Origin: Camelus ferus | Taxonomy: Eukaryota | Length of the DNA stretch: 64,000 bases | NCBI RefSeq assembly: GCF_009834535.1 | Contig: NC_045697.1 | Coordinates: 73,658,001-73,722,000 of the forward strand | Reading direction: 5' to 3' | Part shown: positions 41,089-55,458 of the stretch, piece after piece | Layout of the letters: each line of letters opens with the position of its first letter | How positions within the stretch are numbered: position 1 is the stretch's first letter | Program-made: the position numbers and the translations under genes | Notes under the pieces: model-generated | What the model saw: the letters and a program-made list of their open reading frames with translations, nothing else | Told to the model about the DNA's origin: nothing | Database searches by the model: none

Positions 41089-41615
41089 TTCTAACCTCAT
41101 TTTAGATAAGATGTAACTGAGGCACAGAGCATTTAAACAATTTCCTAAGATAACATGATGAGCCCAGATTCGAAGCCAGGCAGGCAGGCTCCAGATGGCA
41201 ATAAACCAGGGCTTTGTCATCCTCTTTGCTCCCTCTCCCCATCCACTGTCCTGGGAATAGTCCCTGGCTTTGTGGCTTTTCTTTGCATTCAGCTGATGTG
41301 ATATAAGGCCACTTGTGTATTTTTACAGTGCTCTCAAAAACAAGTACCATAGATTAATACTTGAATTGGCAGTCTGCTCTATCACAAATGCTAGCTTTAT
41401 TTTAAATTTTACTCAGTTTTCTTCACTTTTAGTCTTTAAGATTTCTGGATATCCTTTTACTGAGTATTCTTTTCCAGGTCTAACACAAAACTAGTCTCCT
41501 TGTCTCTGATAGTTACAGAGGAAGGAAGATAGAGTCAGGGAGACTGTCCCCAAGGTATGTTCACAAACCCAGGTAGAGCAGCATTTGGGAGGATGAAAGC
41601 TGCTCTTTTTTCTAG

Positions 41616-41837
41616 GCTACCCTGTATTTAAGTCACCTCTACATCAAGGCATCAGTATTTCCACCACCACAGCTCCCAGAATTTGTGCTACCCCCAAGCA
41701 AGCTAATCCAGCATGATCGGATATAAAGACAGGTATTACAGTCCCAAGCTTTGGTAAAGAAGGCAGGGCAAAAGGGATTAGCAGTGTATGAAGTTAGTTC
41801 CCCCAGAGAAGCATATCTCCATATGATCTCAAGACCT
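41616..41837 (+). pseudogene. Pseudo-exon (ATLYLSHLYIKASVFPPPQLPEFVLPPSKLIQHDRI*RQVLQSQALVKKAGQKGLAVYEVSSPREAYLHMISRP)
   Basis: ctcttttttctag acceptor; GTAAGT donor; exactly 74 codons with one stop. Confidence 0.8.
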
Positions 41838-43630
41838 GTAAGTAACCAACCCCTTGACCTCCATGAGTAAACCTTATATAAACTCATTCTCCCCAAGGAT
41901 CCTTGAGGAAAAGACTTGAACAGTTCCATGGAATTCTTAGACAAGATTCATGTGTTTGCCCTAAGTCAAGACCAAGAGTGGGAGGAAAAGGTTTCAGGCT
42001 AATTGATACACAATTGTTCACCAATTTTGGCAGGTGTCAGTTCAGCTATAGTGTTAAGAAGAAAAGGTAAGACTTCTAATAAATACTTGCCATCACAAGT
42101 AGAAAGAGAAGAAGGCCTGTTAAGAAAAACTGTTGGTGCCCTAGCCTTGAGTTTCTGAGAAGGGGCTTCTAGAGTGAAACTCCCTCCCGCTTCCACACAC
42201 GGGGCCTCTGTGTTTCCCAAACAAGGAGGAAATGCACAGATGACCGGGGAGATCAGAACATGGAGCTGCACAGGTGTGGCTCAGCTCTTCCCTCGTCTCT
42301 CTTCAGGCCTATGAAGAGAGGCTTTCACTATGAGAGGACAGTTAAGGCCCTGGTGAAAAATACCTGGGGGCTCCAGAGAAGAATAAACTAACAAAGCTCT
42401 TTAACAGGGCTTTGTATTCAGATCCGCATCCCTTCCAGACCACCAGCCCCAGTTATTCGTACTGGTTCCCCCGACTCCACTACCGCCACTGGCCTTCTCC
42501 TCCAGGCCTTACACTTCATATGGTAAACACGCAGGGGTCAGGGCCCAAATCTCCTCCTTGGAGCACAGTCTCTCTCTGTGTCAGCTACTAGAGTTCAGCA
42601 GAAACGAGGCAGTGATTCTGGGTATGTCTGCCCTACATAATTCTAGTGGATCATCCCAAAGCTCACCCTTAGGGGAAAACAGTTGGAAACAATAAATTTT
42701 CCACCATTAAGGGACCATCTAAGCTCCATACCCAAATTCAGCCTTCCTACTCCTCTGCTCCTGATCTATCTGGCTCTGCCCGTTTCTCAATTAGTTCTAA
42801 ACTCAGAGGACTTATGGGGTAGAAGTAATGATCCTCCACCTCTTCATACTTCAAAAAGTTCCGTCAAAGGTAATCTAAAAAGCTGTGAAATGTTTAACAC
42901 CTACCTTGTACTTGAAAAAAAAAAAAGTCAAATCCAATTTTCTCTAGGTCTCCCCAAGTCCAAAGTTCACTTCCTGATAATATCCAACTTGTACTTCATT
43001 GCTGAACTCACAGAATCTCAGAACTGAAATTACAGGGACCACAAAGTATCTTACCCAAGGTCAGAGCTAAAACTGAGCCCAGTCTTCAAATTCCCAGCGG
43101 GGTTCTCTTTCCATGATTACTGTACTTCCTTCTGGCGCTTTTTTGGTGAGCTGACTCTATATGTGTTTCATTCCTTTGTTAATATGTAGAAGATGTTTTG
43201 TGATGGCAAGCAGACAATGTGATAACTACAAAGTGTCAGAATTTGAAGAAAAATTAGAGAAAACAAACACCTCTCTTTTCATTTTATTAATGAGACAACT
43301 AAGAGCCAGAGAGATGGAACAGTTCAGCCATACTATTCTGTTCCTACATCTAAATTCAGTTCTCTTTCTTACTCAGAAATGCCCATTCTAAGCACTGCAA
43401 GCCAAAACCTGAGCATTACTTCTTTCTGGTTGGCCAGTAGCAGAGAAAACAGAAGATATTTAACCCCCTAAATAAAAAGACAGGCAGAACATAAGTGTCA
43501 TGTAACTCTCGACAGAGACCATATTACTGATTGATTTAAATTAATTTCCTCCTAAAACCTACTACCTTTTTGGTAATGAGATTCCCATCTTAGCATAGAC
43601 AACATTTAGAATACCAACCCTGTTTCTTAG

Positions 43631-43846
43631 GTAGAAAACAATTCAGTGATGAATGCTGATGAAAACCATTAGTCGTGCAAAACCATATTAAGTTGTTTCA
43701 GTAACGAGACAGGGACTGCTTAATAAAGCATGTCTTCACAATAAATAACAACAATAATAAAGGGAAATTTACCACTTTTATACTCCAGTGGACATTTGTC
43801 ACATATTCTAGAGTACTGGAAATTAAAATTGGAAATATTTAATTAA
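43631..43846 (+). pseudogene. Pseudo-exon (VENNSVMNADENH...IKGNLPLLYSSGHLSHILEYWKLKLEIFN)
   Basis: tgtttcttag acceptor; GTTAGT donor; 72 codons, phase 0>0. Confidence 0.6.
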
Positions 43847-43998
43847 GTTAGTATATAAGTAAAAAGGTAGAAAATGTTTAAGGGAGGTCAATTTACCTTT
43901 TGGTCATAATTTTTAAAAACAGGTTCATTTCTAATGCAAATATATGAACAAGTGTCATATTTATTATGCATGCATTTATTGTCTCTGCTGAATAACAG

Positions 43999-44097
43999 TG
44001 TGAGTACTGAGACGCCTACAGAGTTGTTACACTTTGGGAAGGCTTTATTCAAAGACTGTGGTTTATTATTTTCACAGAAAATGCTGGGATTAATGGA
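43999..44097 (+). pseudogene. Pseudo-exon (CEY*DAYRVVTLWEGFIQRLWFIIFTENAGING; alternative frame VSTETPTELLHFGKALFK...)
   Basis: aacag acceptor; GTACTG donor; 99 nt; reading frame ambiguous. Confidence 0.5.
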
Positions 44098-44664
44098 GTA
44101 CTGACCTGCCCAAGGTGGGCCACAGTGTGGGCATCCCAAGTGTGAGGGCCCCATCCTCAGAAGGACAGGCCCAAGGAGTTCACAATCCACACGCAGTGAG
44201 ACCACTCAGAGGAGCACACGCCCACTCCCCGTGGATGAATCCCAGGTGGGACCAATCAGCGTGCTTGCTCTCTCTCTCAAGGGTGTGTCCCTACCCTGGA
44301 CTAGAAGCCCCTTGGGAGCCGGGATGGCACGTTGCTCATCACTGTGTACCCAGCACAACCTAGATGAAGTGGTCACGTCCCAGCCACAGTTCTGAGGCAT
44401 CCTGTCTCTTCCCCTCTGACCTCGTCCTTCTGAGTAGCTTCCCTAATGACTCTTTCCCTTTCGACCTTCCCTGCTTCCTAAGTCCTCCAAACGTTGCTCT
44501 CAATACAAGCTTTCAAAGAGGAAGGACTGTACCTGTCTTGTTCTTTCTGGTCTCCAGAGAGCTCAACACTGGGGAAGCCCATAACATCATTGACTGTTGG
44601 TTTTGTGTCTACTGGAACACTTTTTGGGAGGAAGAATTTGAGATGGTTCCACCCATTCATTGTA

Positions 44665-44807
44665 TTTTTTAATTTGTGTTTGTTTTTGGTAAGGGGAGGT
44701 AATTAGGTTTATTTATTTACTTATTCTCAGAGGAGGTACTGGGATTGAACCCAGGACCTCATGCATGCTAGCCATGCACTCTGCCACTTGAGCTATGCCC
44801 TCCCCCC
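44665..44807 (-). mobile_element. tRNA-derived SINE (Vic-1-like)
   Basis: gaggtaattagg...gggattgaacccaggacc...gagctatgccctcccc. Confidence 0.85.
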
Positions 44808-44934
44808 TCATCCATCCATTTTATAACAATTCTAATTGATAAATCTTTCTTCAGGAAACTCAGATGTATAAGCATTTTATGGGTGGGGAAGAAAGTAGAA
44901 TTCTGCTTCCTAAAAGCATATTTTCTCCGTGTCA

Positions 44935-45146
44935 TTTTTTTTTATTGAAGTATAGTCAGTTTACAGTGTGTTAATTTCTGATGCACAGCATAATGTTTCA
45001 GTCATACATATACATAAAGACATCACATATTCCTTTTCGTATTCTTTTTCATAATAAGTTACTACAAGATATTGAATATAGTTCCCTGTGCTATACAGAA
45101 GAAACTTGTTGTTTATATTTATAGTAGTTAATATTTGCAAATCTCA
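44935..45146 (-). mobile_element. L1 3' end
   Basis: ttttttattgaagtatagtcag...gatattgaatatagttccctgtgctatacag. Confidence 0.75.
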
Positions 45147-45357
45147 CCTCACCATCTTTCTTCCCTTTGGAGCTACACATGAATGACTATAACCCTTGTC
45201 CTTGATAGATACCCAGTTAATTGAAGATAAGTAACATGTCTCCAACTCAAAATAGTTCAGACTAAAAACGGTCAATTCCTCCCATCGCCCCGACACTAAA
45301 TTCTACCTAGCTCCCCCTCATCATACTTCTCTTCTCCTTTAATATATATATCCATAG

Positions 45358-45735
45358 GTATTAAATAACTGAAATTGCTAAATGAGAAAAATGAGGAAAC
45401 TATCAATTTGTCAGCCCTTTGAGGAGATCCTTAGAAGAAATCAGCGTTGTTGAATAAAGTCCTATCAGACTATTCTAATCTTCTCTGACCACGTGAAAGA
45501 TCAGGTAATATTAGTGATGCGCATTCCTTTAAATTCTGATCGGGGGCATGCTTATCTATATATCAGAAGGTAAAATGTACTTATCAAACAATTATGGGGA
45601 TGTAAGCCTGATTGGAAAGCTGCCCCAACAGTAAGGTTGATTCTTTCTAAACTGAGGGACACACACCATGATCCACATACTCCAGTCATGCAGGAGTTAG
45701 AACTGGGCCTAGAGAAATTGCATGATTTTATCCAT
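45358..45735 (+). pseudogene. Pseudo-exon (...PFEEILRRNQRC*IKSYQTILIFSDHVKDQVILVMRIPLNSDRGHAYLYIRR*NVLIKQLWGCKPDWK...LEKLHDFIH)
   Basis: Pyrimidine tract plus ccatag acceptor; GTGAGT donor; exactly 126 codons with 4 stops. Confidence 0.8.
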
Positions 45736-46084
45736 GTGAGTCTTGCATATGCATTTTCTGAACTATATCTGATTGCACACTCCCTTTTGCACACTTAACA
45801 CTTTACATGCAAGAATGAGAAAAGTAGATAAAAGGATTCATCTTATCTAGACAGAGGTCCCAAGGTAAAAATGTATGATATCTTTCCAAGCCCTCAGAGT
45901 GTGTTTTTTAAAGGGCACAAAAAGTTCAGTTAAAAGTCTGTAATATCAAGTTCTTGTTTTACCCACATTGACATTAATAGGTAACTCAAAAGTCAAAAGC
46001 TTCAATTTCTAAAACCAAAGCAACATTCTTAGCTACCAAGAGTTTACTTTGTAATTCTCTATCCATAGACCTATTGTCCCTAAG

Positions 46085-46476
46085 GTGGCAAGTTATTGCT
46101 GTTGGTCAGAAATATCCCTGCCTTCCATGGTGCTGTTTTTTCACAGCAGGGGCAGGGGGAGAGGGGAGGGGGAAATACAGAGTTGCATAAGCAAAGCTCT
46201 TGGTTTTGTAGCTCTAGAAAGGCTTCATAGATGCGGAAAGCACTCATTGTCATCAACTCTACAAGGATTATGTTCACCAAAACCACCTTGGCAAAGAGAT
46301 ACCACACCATGAACATTCAATTAGAAATTATTCACCCCAGCACTATGCCCCACCTCATTTACATTCTACACAGAAAATGTTTCCATTGGTTCTATGAGTT
46401 TGAAGGAAATGGGAGAACAAACTTGGACTCAAAATAAGAACAAGCTATCACAAATGAAACAAGATGTGTAAAAGAG
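46085..46476 (+). pseudogene. Pseudo-exon (VASYCCWSEISLP...)
   Basis: gtccctaag acceptor; GAG|GTGAGT donor; long open stretches in several frames; frameshifted. Confidence 0.6.
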
Positions 46477-47177
46477 GTGAGTAACATGTCAACTGCACAG
46501 AGTATATAAAGGTGAAGTACTATTACTAATCATTCAGATTGGCTGAAAATGGAAAGTTCTGCCTGAAAAGTTCTGCCTGTCCTCTCACTAAATGAGATCA
46601 AACAGTTCCTTTAAGGGTGGTGGGGCAGAGGGAATCCCCAGACCGGATGTTTTGATGAAATTTCAAAAGGCCCTTCCAACACCAAAAAAGTGATGACACT
46701 GGAACCTAAATAACTACTCCAGACCTACAAACTGTTTTTTTTTTTCAAATTGTGGATGCATATGTTTGACTTATTCTATGTTCTAAATTAACTCCAAAAA
46801 GTCATTTCTAATGAGAACTTGAAAGCAGATTTATTTTCTTTAAACAATTACAAAGTTATTTATAAATGGAATGAAGAGTACCTTTAAAAAAAAAATCCAT
46901 GTGGTATAAGGAAAAGTACATAAGGTTTGTAATGAGGGAGGCCTGCACTCCTTAGTTATACAGCCTTGGGCAGGATGCTTAGCTTCTCAAAATCTCAGTT
47001 CATCATCTGCTAAACAAGGATCACAATCGCATGGATTTGTTGGGGGGACTACATGGGTTAATGTGCCAAGCTTCGAAGGTTCAGTGGCTGCCCAATAAAC
47101 GGTATTCACTGTTATTGCCACTGTTCTTATAGAGATAAATTAAAGGTCTTGTGATGTTGATTTATTTTTATATTCAG

Positions 47178-47778
47178 GAAGCATTGAACACCTTGAAAAC
47201 AATAATTCTAATCCTGGACTTAGGATAAGATTATTTTTCTTCCAGAGCATTTTTCATTAAAAATTTTCCTTAGAAATGGAGGACATGATACAGGAGGGTA
47301 AAACTGTTTTCAGTTAGAATGTTAGACAGCATTACTTAATCTTGAAATGAACCCTTTTGAGTCATGGTCCTGAGAAAATGATGTGTGGTCTGAGCATCAA
47401 AGCAAGAACAGGCTGTGGTAAAGAGGACTGTTAGGAACGATCATTCTTAGAGCTTTTAAAATGTTTAGGTTCCTGAAAAGAAAGATTTATCATAAATGAT
47501 CTCATGTCAGGATTAAAAATATAGGAAAAAATTAATAGTGACACATTAAAATCTCATCACCTAATTCTAACCTATCAAATGCACAAGCAGAATGACCACC
47601 CACAGTATCTTTTTGTTAAATGCTAAGTTTTCCCTGAGAAAATGGAGACCTGAAAACTTTTCCCATCACACACTCCAACTGTATAAAATCAATGTTTTTC
47701 AGCTCCCTGGAAAACACAGTACACAAAGTAAAGTCTGTCAGCACCGTCTGGAGATGGAACAATCAGAAATATGATGTT
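47178..47778 (+). pseudogene. Pseudo-exon (GSIEHLENNNSNPGLRIRLFFFQSIF...SMFFSSLENTVHKVKSVSTVWRWNNQKYDV)
   Basis: tttttatattcag acceptor; GTGAGC donor at phase 0; several frameshifts. Confidence 0.5.
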
Positions 47779-50735
47779 GTGAGCTAGCACTGGAAGAACT
47801 GGGAGAAGGGGGAGTTTTAGACAGTAAAATATAAAGTTCATGCAAGGCAGAATAAACTGCCGGATTTCTTCAGATCTCATCTTGAAATGTCCCACTGGTT
47901 GTTTTCAGACTTTCTCAAAGTCACTCCGTGGATGGCTTTTATTCATTAGCTAAGGTTCATGTCCTTGCTTTGCTAAACAAGCAGCTGGCCTTCCCTTTTC
48001 AAAACACGTTTTTCCCCACTTCTAGTCCCGACTCCTCCAAACACTCACCACTTCCTATTCAAACCAGGAACCGATATAACTAGTTCCTTTTCTCCCCTCA
48101 GTGTTCAGAATGCTGTAAGCAGTTGGATGAAACCTAACCATCTGTCTCTCCATGAAACTTGAAACAGTTGCTACATTTGCTGCCCGTGTGTCTGGCAGTG
48201 GGTCAGTGGAAGGTTGGGGGAAATACTGGGAAACACCCTAATAAAACTTAAGAGAAAGGCGTTCTTCACTATCACTGAGCTGGGAGGGAAGGAGAGGTGT
48301 TCTGGTTCTGCCCTTCACGTTGCTGATGAGTGAACTGAGGAGGATGCCACCACCCAGCTTGTTAAAAGCAGAGCCAAAAATAAAACCTGACACCCAACCC
48401 CTGGTTCAGTTTTTGCTAACACACACACAGGCACACACACCTTGATTTCACTTGAATTTCTTCCTCCGGTTTGATAAAGAGTGAAACCACTAAAAATTGT
48501 TGTGAAAAAACTGGTTTCACAGTTGACAGATTTAATTCCAAGGGAAAGGGAAGGATGCATCCAAGGCACAAGATTACTGGACTGACACCCAGTCAGGCAC
48601 ATCCAAGAGGGGCGGGGGAGTGTAAGAGATCCCTGAGGGAGAAAGGACAGGGAAAAAAAATAAACAAACATCCTATGACTTAACCATGGGAAAAGTCTCT
48701 GTTTACGGAGTGGGAAGAGGATGAATAACATTAATTGGCACTTTGGGCTTCTTCCCCCAAGTCCTATAGGACTGGTTTTTCAAGCACAAAGGGCCCAGAC
48801 AAGCTACAACAGCCCATGGCAAGTTCTCTTGCTCCCACATCTGAAACTCACACCCTTCTCGCCCCAGACTAGCTCCTGCTCCCCGGTTCGCATTTGGAGA
48901 GTGCAGACCAGGGTAGGATGTCAGAAGAAAAGGAAGAAGTTAGAGGGAGCATCAGGAGACAGAAGGGACAGAATTGTAGATACAGATACATAGACATCTA
49001 GACAGATAGATATATAGATAGAGAGAGACTAGAGAGCTGGCGTTTCTCCCTCTGCACTTGTCCAACTTGTAGAGGGAGCTGCCTGGATGGACGGCGGTTG
49101 AGAGGAATCTGCATGCTCACCTGGGTCTACCCCTCTAATATTGATCCTAGCTTTCTTTTCCCCCTTTAATATTCAAAAGCACAGCCCACAACTGGAGCTG
49201 CCACAACAGTACCCACACTCACCACCCAGCAACATCTTGCACTCACACATTACCAGTGTTCTTGGTCAAAACCAGTGGATTTGTTTTCTCCCTTCATCCT
49301 CCTCCATCTCTGTGGCAGATTTGGCATGGCTGACTTAATGGAGAATTTTGAAGTTTAATGAGGACTGAAAGGATGGATAGAATCTGTCCCACATTATTCC
49401 AGGTGGTGAAAATAACATAAAACTATTCCTTTTATGGATGTCAACTGTTCATGCATCACCTTCACAGTTTTTCCATACTTAGTATTTTATTTAAATTGAT
49501 ACCTTAGAAAACATTAATATTTATCTTAGTCTCAGTCTAAGTAATAAAAACCTGTCAAATCATGAATTTTCAGTGGAGATATATTTTTCTACTTTACATC
49601 CAATTCAAATAGATACTAAACATTTTGGAAGTTTATTCATAGAACACCAAAAACAGCTCAAGGGTCATCAATGGGAAACACTGAATTAATCAAATTAAAG
49701 CATGCTGTGGAGCATACGACAGACTTGCTGGAATAAAAGAACAAATGGTATTAAATAATGTTAGCTGCAAAAGCTTGGGCCAAATTATGCAGACCATGAC
49801 ATGAAAGAGAAAAAAAAAAAGAACAGGATGCAATGAAAGGTGAGGAATGAAATTAAAACAATGCTTAAAAGAAATTCATCTGCTAGGCATAAACAGGATA
49901 CACTGGAGGTTAGAGTAGGCCAATGATCTGTTAAAAGTAAGAGTCACACCAGATAGTGAGAGCCTGAACTAACCTGACAGACTCGAGATAGGGGGTAAGG
50001 ATAGAAGAGCTTTCCTGTAGTAGAAAAAATAGACAAAAACCAACAGACAGAGGAAGAGAAAGCTGAAGGAGGAGGCAAAGTCAAAGATGACCACAAGTTT
50101 TCACGAGTGACTGCCAATGCTGTTGGCAGAGAACATGGGGAGTTTGAGAGAAGACATTCTAACGAAAATATCCAGTAAGTGTTCAGTGACACAGTTCAAG
50201 AGCTGGAAGAGAGGATGGGGCTACAATGATCTGGGAGTCATCAGCAGAGATTTCACAGACAAATTCATGGAATGGACATGCGCCCCAAAATAAAGAGCAA
50301 AGTACAGTTCCATCCAGGATTCCAGGCTGAATGAGCTGAGGAGGAGGTCATTTATCAACAACAGCACAAATCTATTCTCGATCAGGCTTCTCAGCCTTGG
50401 CAGGACATTAGAAAGATTGGGGACCCTGAAAGGTTACCACAGTCTGGGACCCATCCCAGACCAATTCAATGTGGCCACTGGGACCATGGCATTAATATCA
50501 TTACCAAATTAAGGTTTTGAGAAATCTGGACAATTCTAGACATATAAAAAACTTTAAGCCAGACCTCTTAATCCTGTACTATGAGAAGCAACCCAATTTT
50601 CTAGCATTTTCTACATAGAAATGAGAAATAAAATGAAGTATATGAATATATCAATAGTGGCTTTATCTGTGTAAGACTTTTGGTATCTTTCTTCTGAAAT
50701 TTCCATTTTTTTTTTCATTTTGTTCAACATTTTAG

Positions 50736-51311
50736 TTGTTTCCACTGGAAGAGTCTTTCAGGGCATCTAGTCTGGAGAATCATTTTTAATAAGAAAAAGA
50801 GGGATTTATCTGTAAGTTTTCTCTTTCTCAATTGTGAATGCTTTTAAAATTTCAGGGCCTAGTAAGAGATTCTTTTTCATATTTCTTTGTTTTCTTTACA
50901 CCTATTTGGATGTTGTCCACACCTAATGCTTTCAAAGATATTCTTAACTTAGGGAATCCTGGTTTAAAATCAAATGTAAAAGAAACCAACAAAAAAGTTT
51001 AAACAATTTTCCAAATTTTTTAAGTTTTTTTTTTTTCTTTTTCTGATCACTTCACATTGGATAGGAAAGGAATAAACTTCTAAGAGAAGCAGCTCATCCC
51101 AAATTTTGCTGTGCCCATCAAGGGGAATAACTGTGCCTCTGTTCCACCAGTTGCCCTGAGGGATGATACCGAATGGGCAGAGGCAATCTAAGGAAATTAT
51201 CATATGTGCAGATAAGGCTATGATATTGGAAAATTAACCCATTCACCCACCTTTCAGAACACCTTATCCCAGATACAAGAGAATGATTTTAACTAATACT
51301 CATAAAATCAT
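50736..51311 (+). pseudogene. Pseudo-exon (LFPLEESFRASSLENHF...LIPNFAVPIKGNNCASVPPVALRDDTEWAEAI...GYDIGKLTHSPTFQNTL...)
   Basis: Long T-tract plus tttag acceptor; 576 nt reads in one frame; GTTAAG donor at phase 0; could be two exons. Confidence 0.6.
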
Positions 51312-52094
51312 GTTAAGTATTTAACATTTGTTTTTCACTAGATAACATTTACAAAGGGCTTACTATGTAATAAGATAAAGAAACTGAGTCCAAGAAAAGT
51401 TAAGTATCCTAAGATCACATAACTTGTTCTAAAGAAGAAACAAACAGCTCACTATTCAATTCTAAATTAACTGGGAAACAACTCACACACACACACACGA
51501 ATTAATATAGAAATGTAGAAATGTAAAACCTAGAATATCAGAAACAAAAAAATTTGGGGGCAGGGACAAGATTTTTATATCAAGAATTTGTTTTCTTCTT
51601 CACATCCTTCTAAATGCACCATGTGTCCCTAGCCTCTCCCCTATTATTATCTGCATAACAGGTTGTGTGCATGTACCACATTAAGAGCCTTAGAAACATT
51701 TGACAGCAGGGATTAGGTCCCCTGGTAACCTCCCTCTTTTGCAGGCTAACCAGCCCCATTTATTGACCTGCTCTTCACAGTGACCTCTTCCTCCTCCTGG
51801 TTACTCTCCCCCAAACTCCTGAGGATATCTACATCTTTTTCTGAACTCTGTGCTCTGCAGAAGTAAACATATTTAAAATGAAGTTCAATCAAAACTGACA
51901 CGGAATGAAAGTCGCCTGCTTCATTTTTGGTACTTTCTGTCTTGTTGCTTATTTCCTACTGGAATTATTCCTATCAAGTCCCATTCCATCTTCACTGCTG
52001 ACGCTCTAGGAATAACCTCAAATCTTGCCCACAGGTGCTGAGGGCCAACCCACATAGTTCACGCTTATGCTTATTTATTTTTCCTTTTTACAAG

Positions 52095-52383
52095 GTGTTA
52101 GATAGCTTTGAAGTTCTTTTTAACTCACCATCAGAGTGGCCTAGACATGGCAAGGGAAAATCATGTGGAACAAAACTCTATCCAAAATTCACTGAAGAAA
52201 ATTTAGTAACAGTCGTCAGACACTTAAGCCTTGGTGTTCATCCTATATGAAGTTTTCAGAAAGTTTCTATGATTAATACCAGAGAAATACTTTCAAATGA
52301 TTCTTTTCTCTCCATAGAGGATTTCTAAAATCATCATGGGGTACCCCTATAAAATTTACAAAACCAAGTCATATTTTCTAGAA
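52095..52383 (+). pseudogene. Pseudo-exon (VLDSFEVLFNSPSEWPRHGKGKSCGTKLYPKFTEEN/...LKPWCSSYMKFSE...RGFLKSSWGTPIKF)
   Basis: ttcctttttacaag acceptor, phase 0; GTGTGT donor, phase 2; one frameshift. Confidence 0.65.
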
Positions 52384-53152
52384 GTGTGTCCTTTATTATA
52401 AATGTTAGTTTTCATTTGATTGGGGGAGGGTAACTGGTATTTTTATCATCTCATCAGAAGACAAAATTCACACTGCATTTTACATGGAGACAGGCATCTG
52501 GCAGGGTAAAGAAACATGGAAGTTTCTTCAAGCAAGAGCCAAGGCTCCATGATCTCAAACTGAATGAGTGGGCAGAAGGAAGCCTGTGAGATTGTGATGG
52601 CACAGGGTTGCTTAATGAAGAGAATGGGGATGATCAAAGTTGAAATAGAGGCTAAGAGTAAAGAAAAGATAGAGTAAGAAGGAAGGGAAGTAGCAAATTG
52701 AGGTGAGAAAAATAATAGTTGTCAAAAGGATAAAGTATAGCATCAAAAGTTAAGAAGGGATCGGAAGTAGGAAGAATAAAGGATGATTTACAAAAGAGGT
52801 GGAATAATTCACAAAAAAATCACTGTGAATAGAACAATCAAGGGTACAGTAGCTAAGAATCCCCGTTTCCTAGGAGAAGACTTTAATACACAGATATTTC
52901 CTCATGTTTAATATTGGCTTAGTATGAAGTTAAGAAATGCTTTACTTTCAGAAATCCTGGCTAAGTGAGCCGAAGAGGTCATTGATCAAGAAGGAGGCAG
53001 GACTTCTCAACCTTGGCAGCACATTAGAACCATCTGGAGAACTTTAAAAATTGTTTAATTTTTTTATTTGATTTCTTTTATAGTTGATTTTTTTAACTCT
53101 AAGTAGAATTTTTTAAAAAGGAGAACAGTAATGCTTTCTTTTCACTTTAAAG

Positions 53153-53417
53153 CTATACTCAACAGACTCATTACTAGACTTGTGGAAAATTACCTCTAGT
53201 TTTATTGAATTTTTCTGGAGTGTTTGAACTTTAAGACAGCTTCCTTCCCTTGCAACTTCCTTATAATTTTCACTTTGAATTTTTTATGGAGTCACGGTGA
53301 AATGCTTCTTCAGTATTTCTATACTGAATCAACACTGATTCCCTATTCAAATGATGTCCCCCTGGAGAAAGACACTAATTTCAAGAACTATACATTTAAA
53401 CAAAGTCTTAAGTTCAA
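53153..53417 (+). pseudogene. Pseudo-exon (YTQQTHY*TCGKLPLVLLNFSGVFEL...EMLLQYFYTESTLIPYSNDVPLEKD...)
   Basis: tttcttttcactttaaag acceptor, phase 2; weak phase-2 donor at 53412 or 53418. Confidence 0.55.
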
Positions 53418-55458
53418 GTTTCCCATCATTATCAACAGATTGTGGAAAAAATAAAAATACTAGTTAAAATACTGAAATGAAACTACTGGCTTCTTGGAAA
53501 AGCATAATTTTCAGAGAAAAATAAGATGCTTTGCATGAAAATAGCCCTACAAAAATATAAATTTTCAGGAAAATTATATCATTGTTGCCACATGGTTAAT
53601 GATCTAAAATTCATATTAAGTACTTCTTTCTGTACCACTTAAATTTAAATATCAAAATTTTCTACTTGCAATTCTAAGATACAGATAAAATAGTTTTTAG
53701 AATAGTCCTACTTTTAAGAGAAACCAGAACTATTTTCTTACATGAAAAATGTATTTTTATACTTTTGAGACATTCCCTCCATATATCAAACTGAAGGAAT
53801 TTCTGATTAGTTGATACTGTTAACCTAGAGGTTAAAAATAAGTACATGACAACATTGTAGTATAGCAAAAAGGGGAACTGCTATAGAATTGGGCTATAAA
53901 AATAGCCAAAATTTTCAGCCTAATGAATAAATGTGAAACATGTAATTGTTTTCTGAATCACTAAGCTTTGCCATCCAACTGTCCAACCCTTCACTTTACT
54001 TAGACTGGTAGCTGGTTTCTCCCAGTGATCTTTCATAAGAGGGCAGGTTTGATTAAGTCAGTTGAGTGTCTTCTTTTACCCACCAAGGCTGAGCTCCCTG
54101 TTCTCACGGGAACTCTATCACGACACATCTCTCAGCTTTCAATCATGTTTCTCTATCTGACCTGAGTATTCTTTACTTCTCTACACCTGTCCTTTAAGTA
54201 TCACATCTTCCGTAAGACCTTTCCAGCTATCAAAGCTCACTGTTCCACTCTCAATCTTAGCAGAATCACAAAACCACAGACAGTGTGAAAGGAAAGTGGA
54301 AAAGAGGCTCTGCTGGTATGTTAGAAACACTCGTCCTTTTATGTTCATCATGGCAATCAGCTATCACCACAACATGTTGTCTGGTCACTAGCTCCCCTGT
54401 TGAGGAGGATAAGGGAACTCGTATTTATTGTGTGTTTACCATGTACAAGTCCTTCCCACAAGTCTTACTTCATCCACACACCCGTCCACTGGATGTCATT
54501 CCTTAAAAGACATCTTTATATTACGGTTTACTGAGTACCCCAGCTACAGGAAAGAAAGGGTCAGCATAGCCTAAATCATCGCCATTGGCAAACTCTCAAA
54601 ATTCAACTGCTCACTGTAAAATCATACTAAATAGCAATCAGTTTACCTAGGAATGCAGATTATGACATAAGCATGTCTTGACAGCATGATACCTGGAATC
54701 GGGCTTCCCCAGTCATCCCATTGAGATTTGTTTTTCTACGTCAAAAGTCAATTTAAAAACATCTGCTTTAAAATCCTTCCAGACCAAAATAATATCCATC
54801 CTACTCTAGACTGGAGCCTATCAAAAATCTAAGAGAACTAACAGCTACAGGACAGCTGATGCATGTGTGAACCATTCATCTAATTCATGTCCTTGAATCT
54901 TACACCCTAGAAAACAGTATACTCAATCCTTAGAGCTTCTAACATTAAATTTACACTTTATTGTTTGGTCCTCAACTTTTTATCTGGCCATTATGTCTTC
55001 TCCTTAGCCTACCACATTCCCTCTGGCTCCAAAAACTGTCTGGGGGCCAGAGTCCATTTTTTTTTTCTCTCTCATACCTGAGTCTTGGCACTTGTCAAAG
55101 AACAATGTTCTACCTGGAACATTCAGCATCACCACTTTTACAGTAGGCTAAAACCTACAGTTTCTTCAAAATTGGCTCCATTTATCCCCACCAGTTTCAG
55201 GGATGATCTGACAGACATGTATGTGGGTAACACAGAGGAAGCCCACCTGCTCTATCAGTCTCTTTACTTCGGTCTTCTCCATCACCCTCAGCTCCATGTG
55301 GGCAGAAGAGTGAACAGCAATAAAATGAACAATGACCAAAGTAAAACTAGGAGAAAAGAAACATGTAGCATCAAGAACTCAGAACAGTTATAAAATTAAA
55401 CTTTCTTTACAAAATACACCAGTAGGAAGTGATTCATGAAGATGTTATCTGTTTATAG

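Noticed and set aside
41639..41944. 101-aa minus-strand ORF (likewise 20091-20291 and 45552-45794)
   Set aside because: These overlap + strand pseudo-exons that carry the splice sites; antisense shadows.
46148..46172. G-quadruplex-like G-run cluster
   Set aside because: Short low-complexity tract inside a dead exon with no supporting context.
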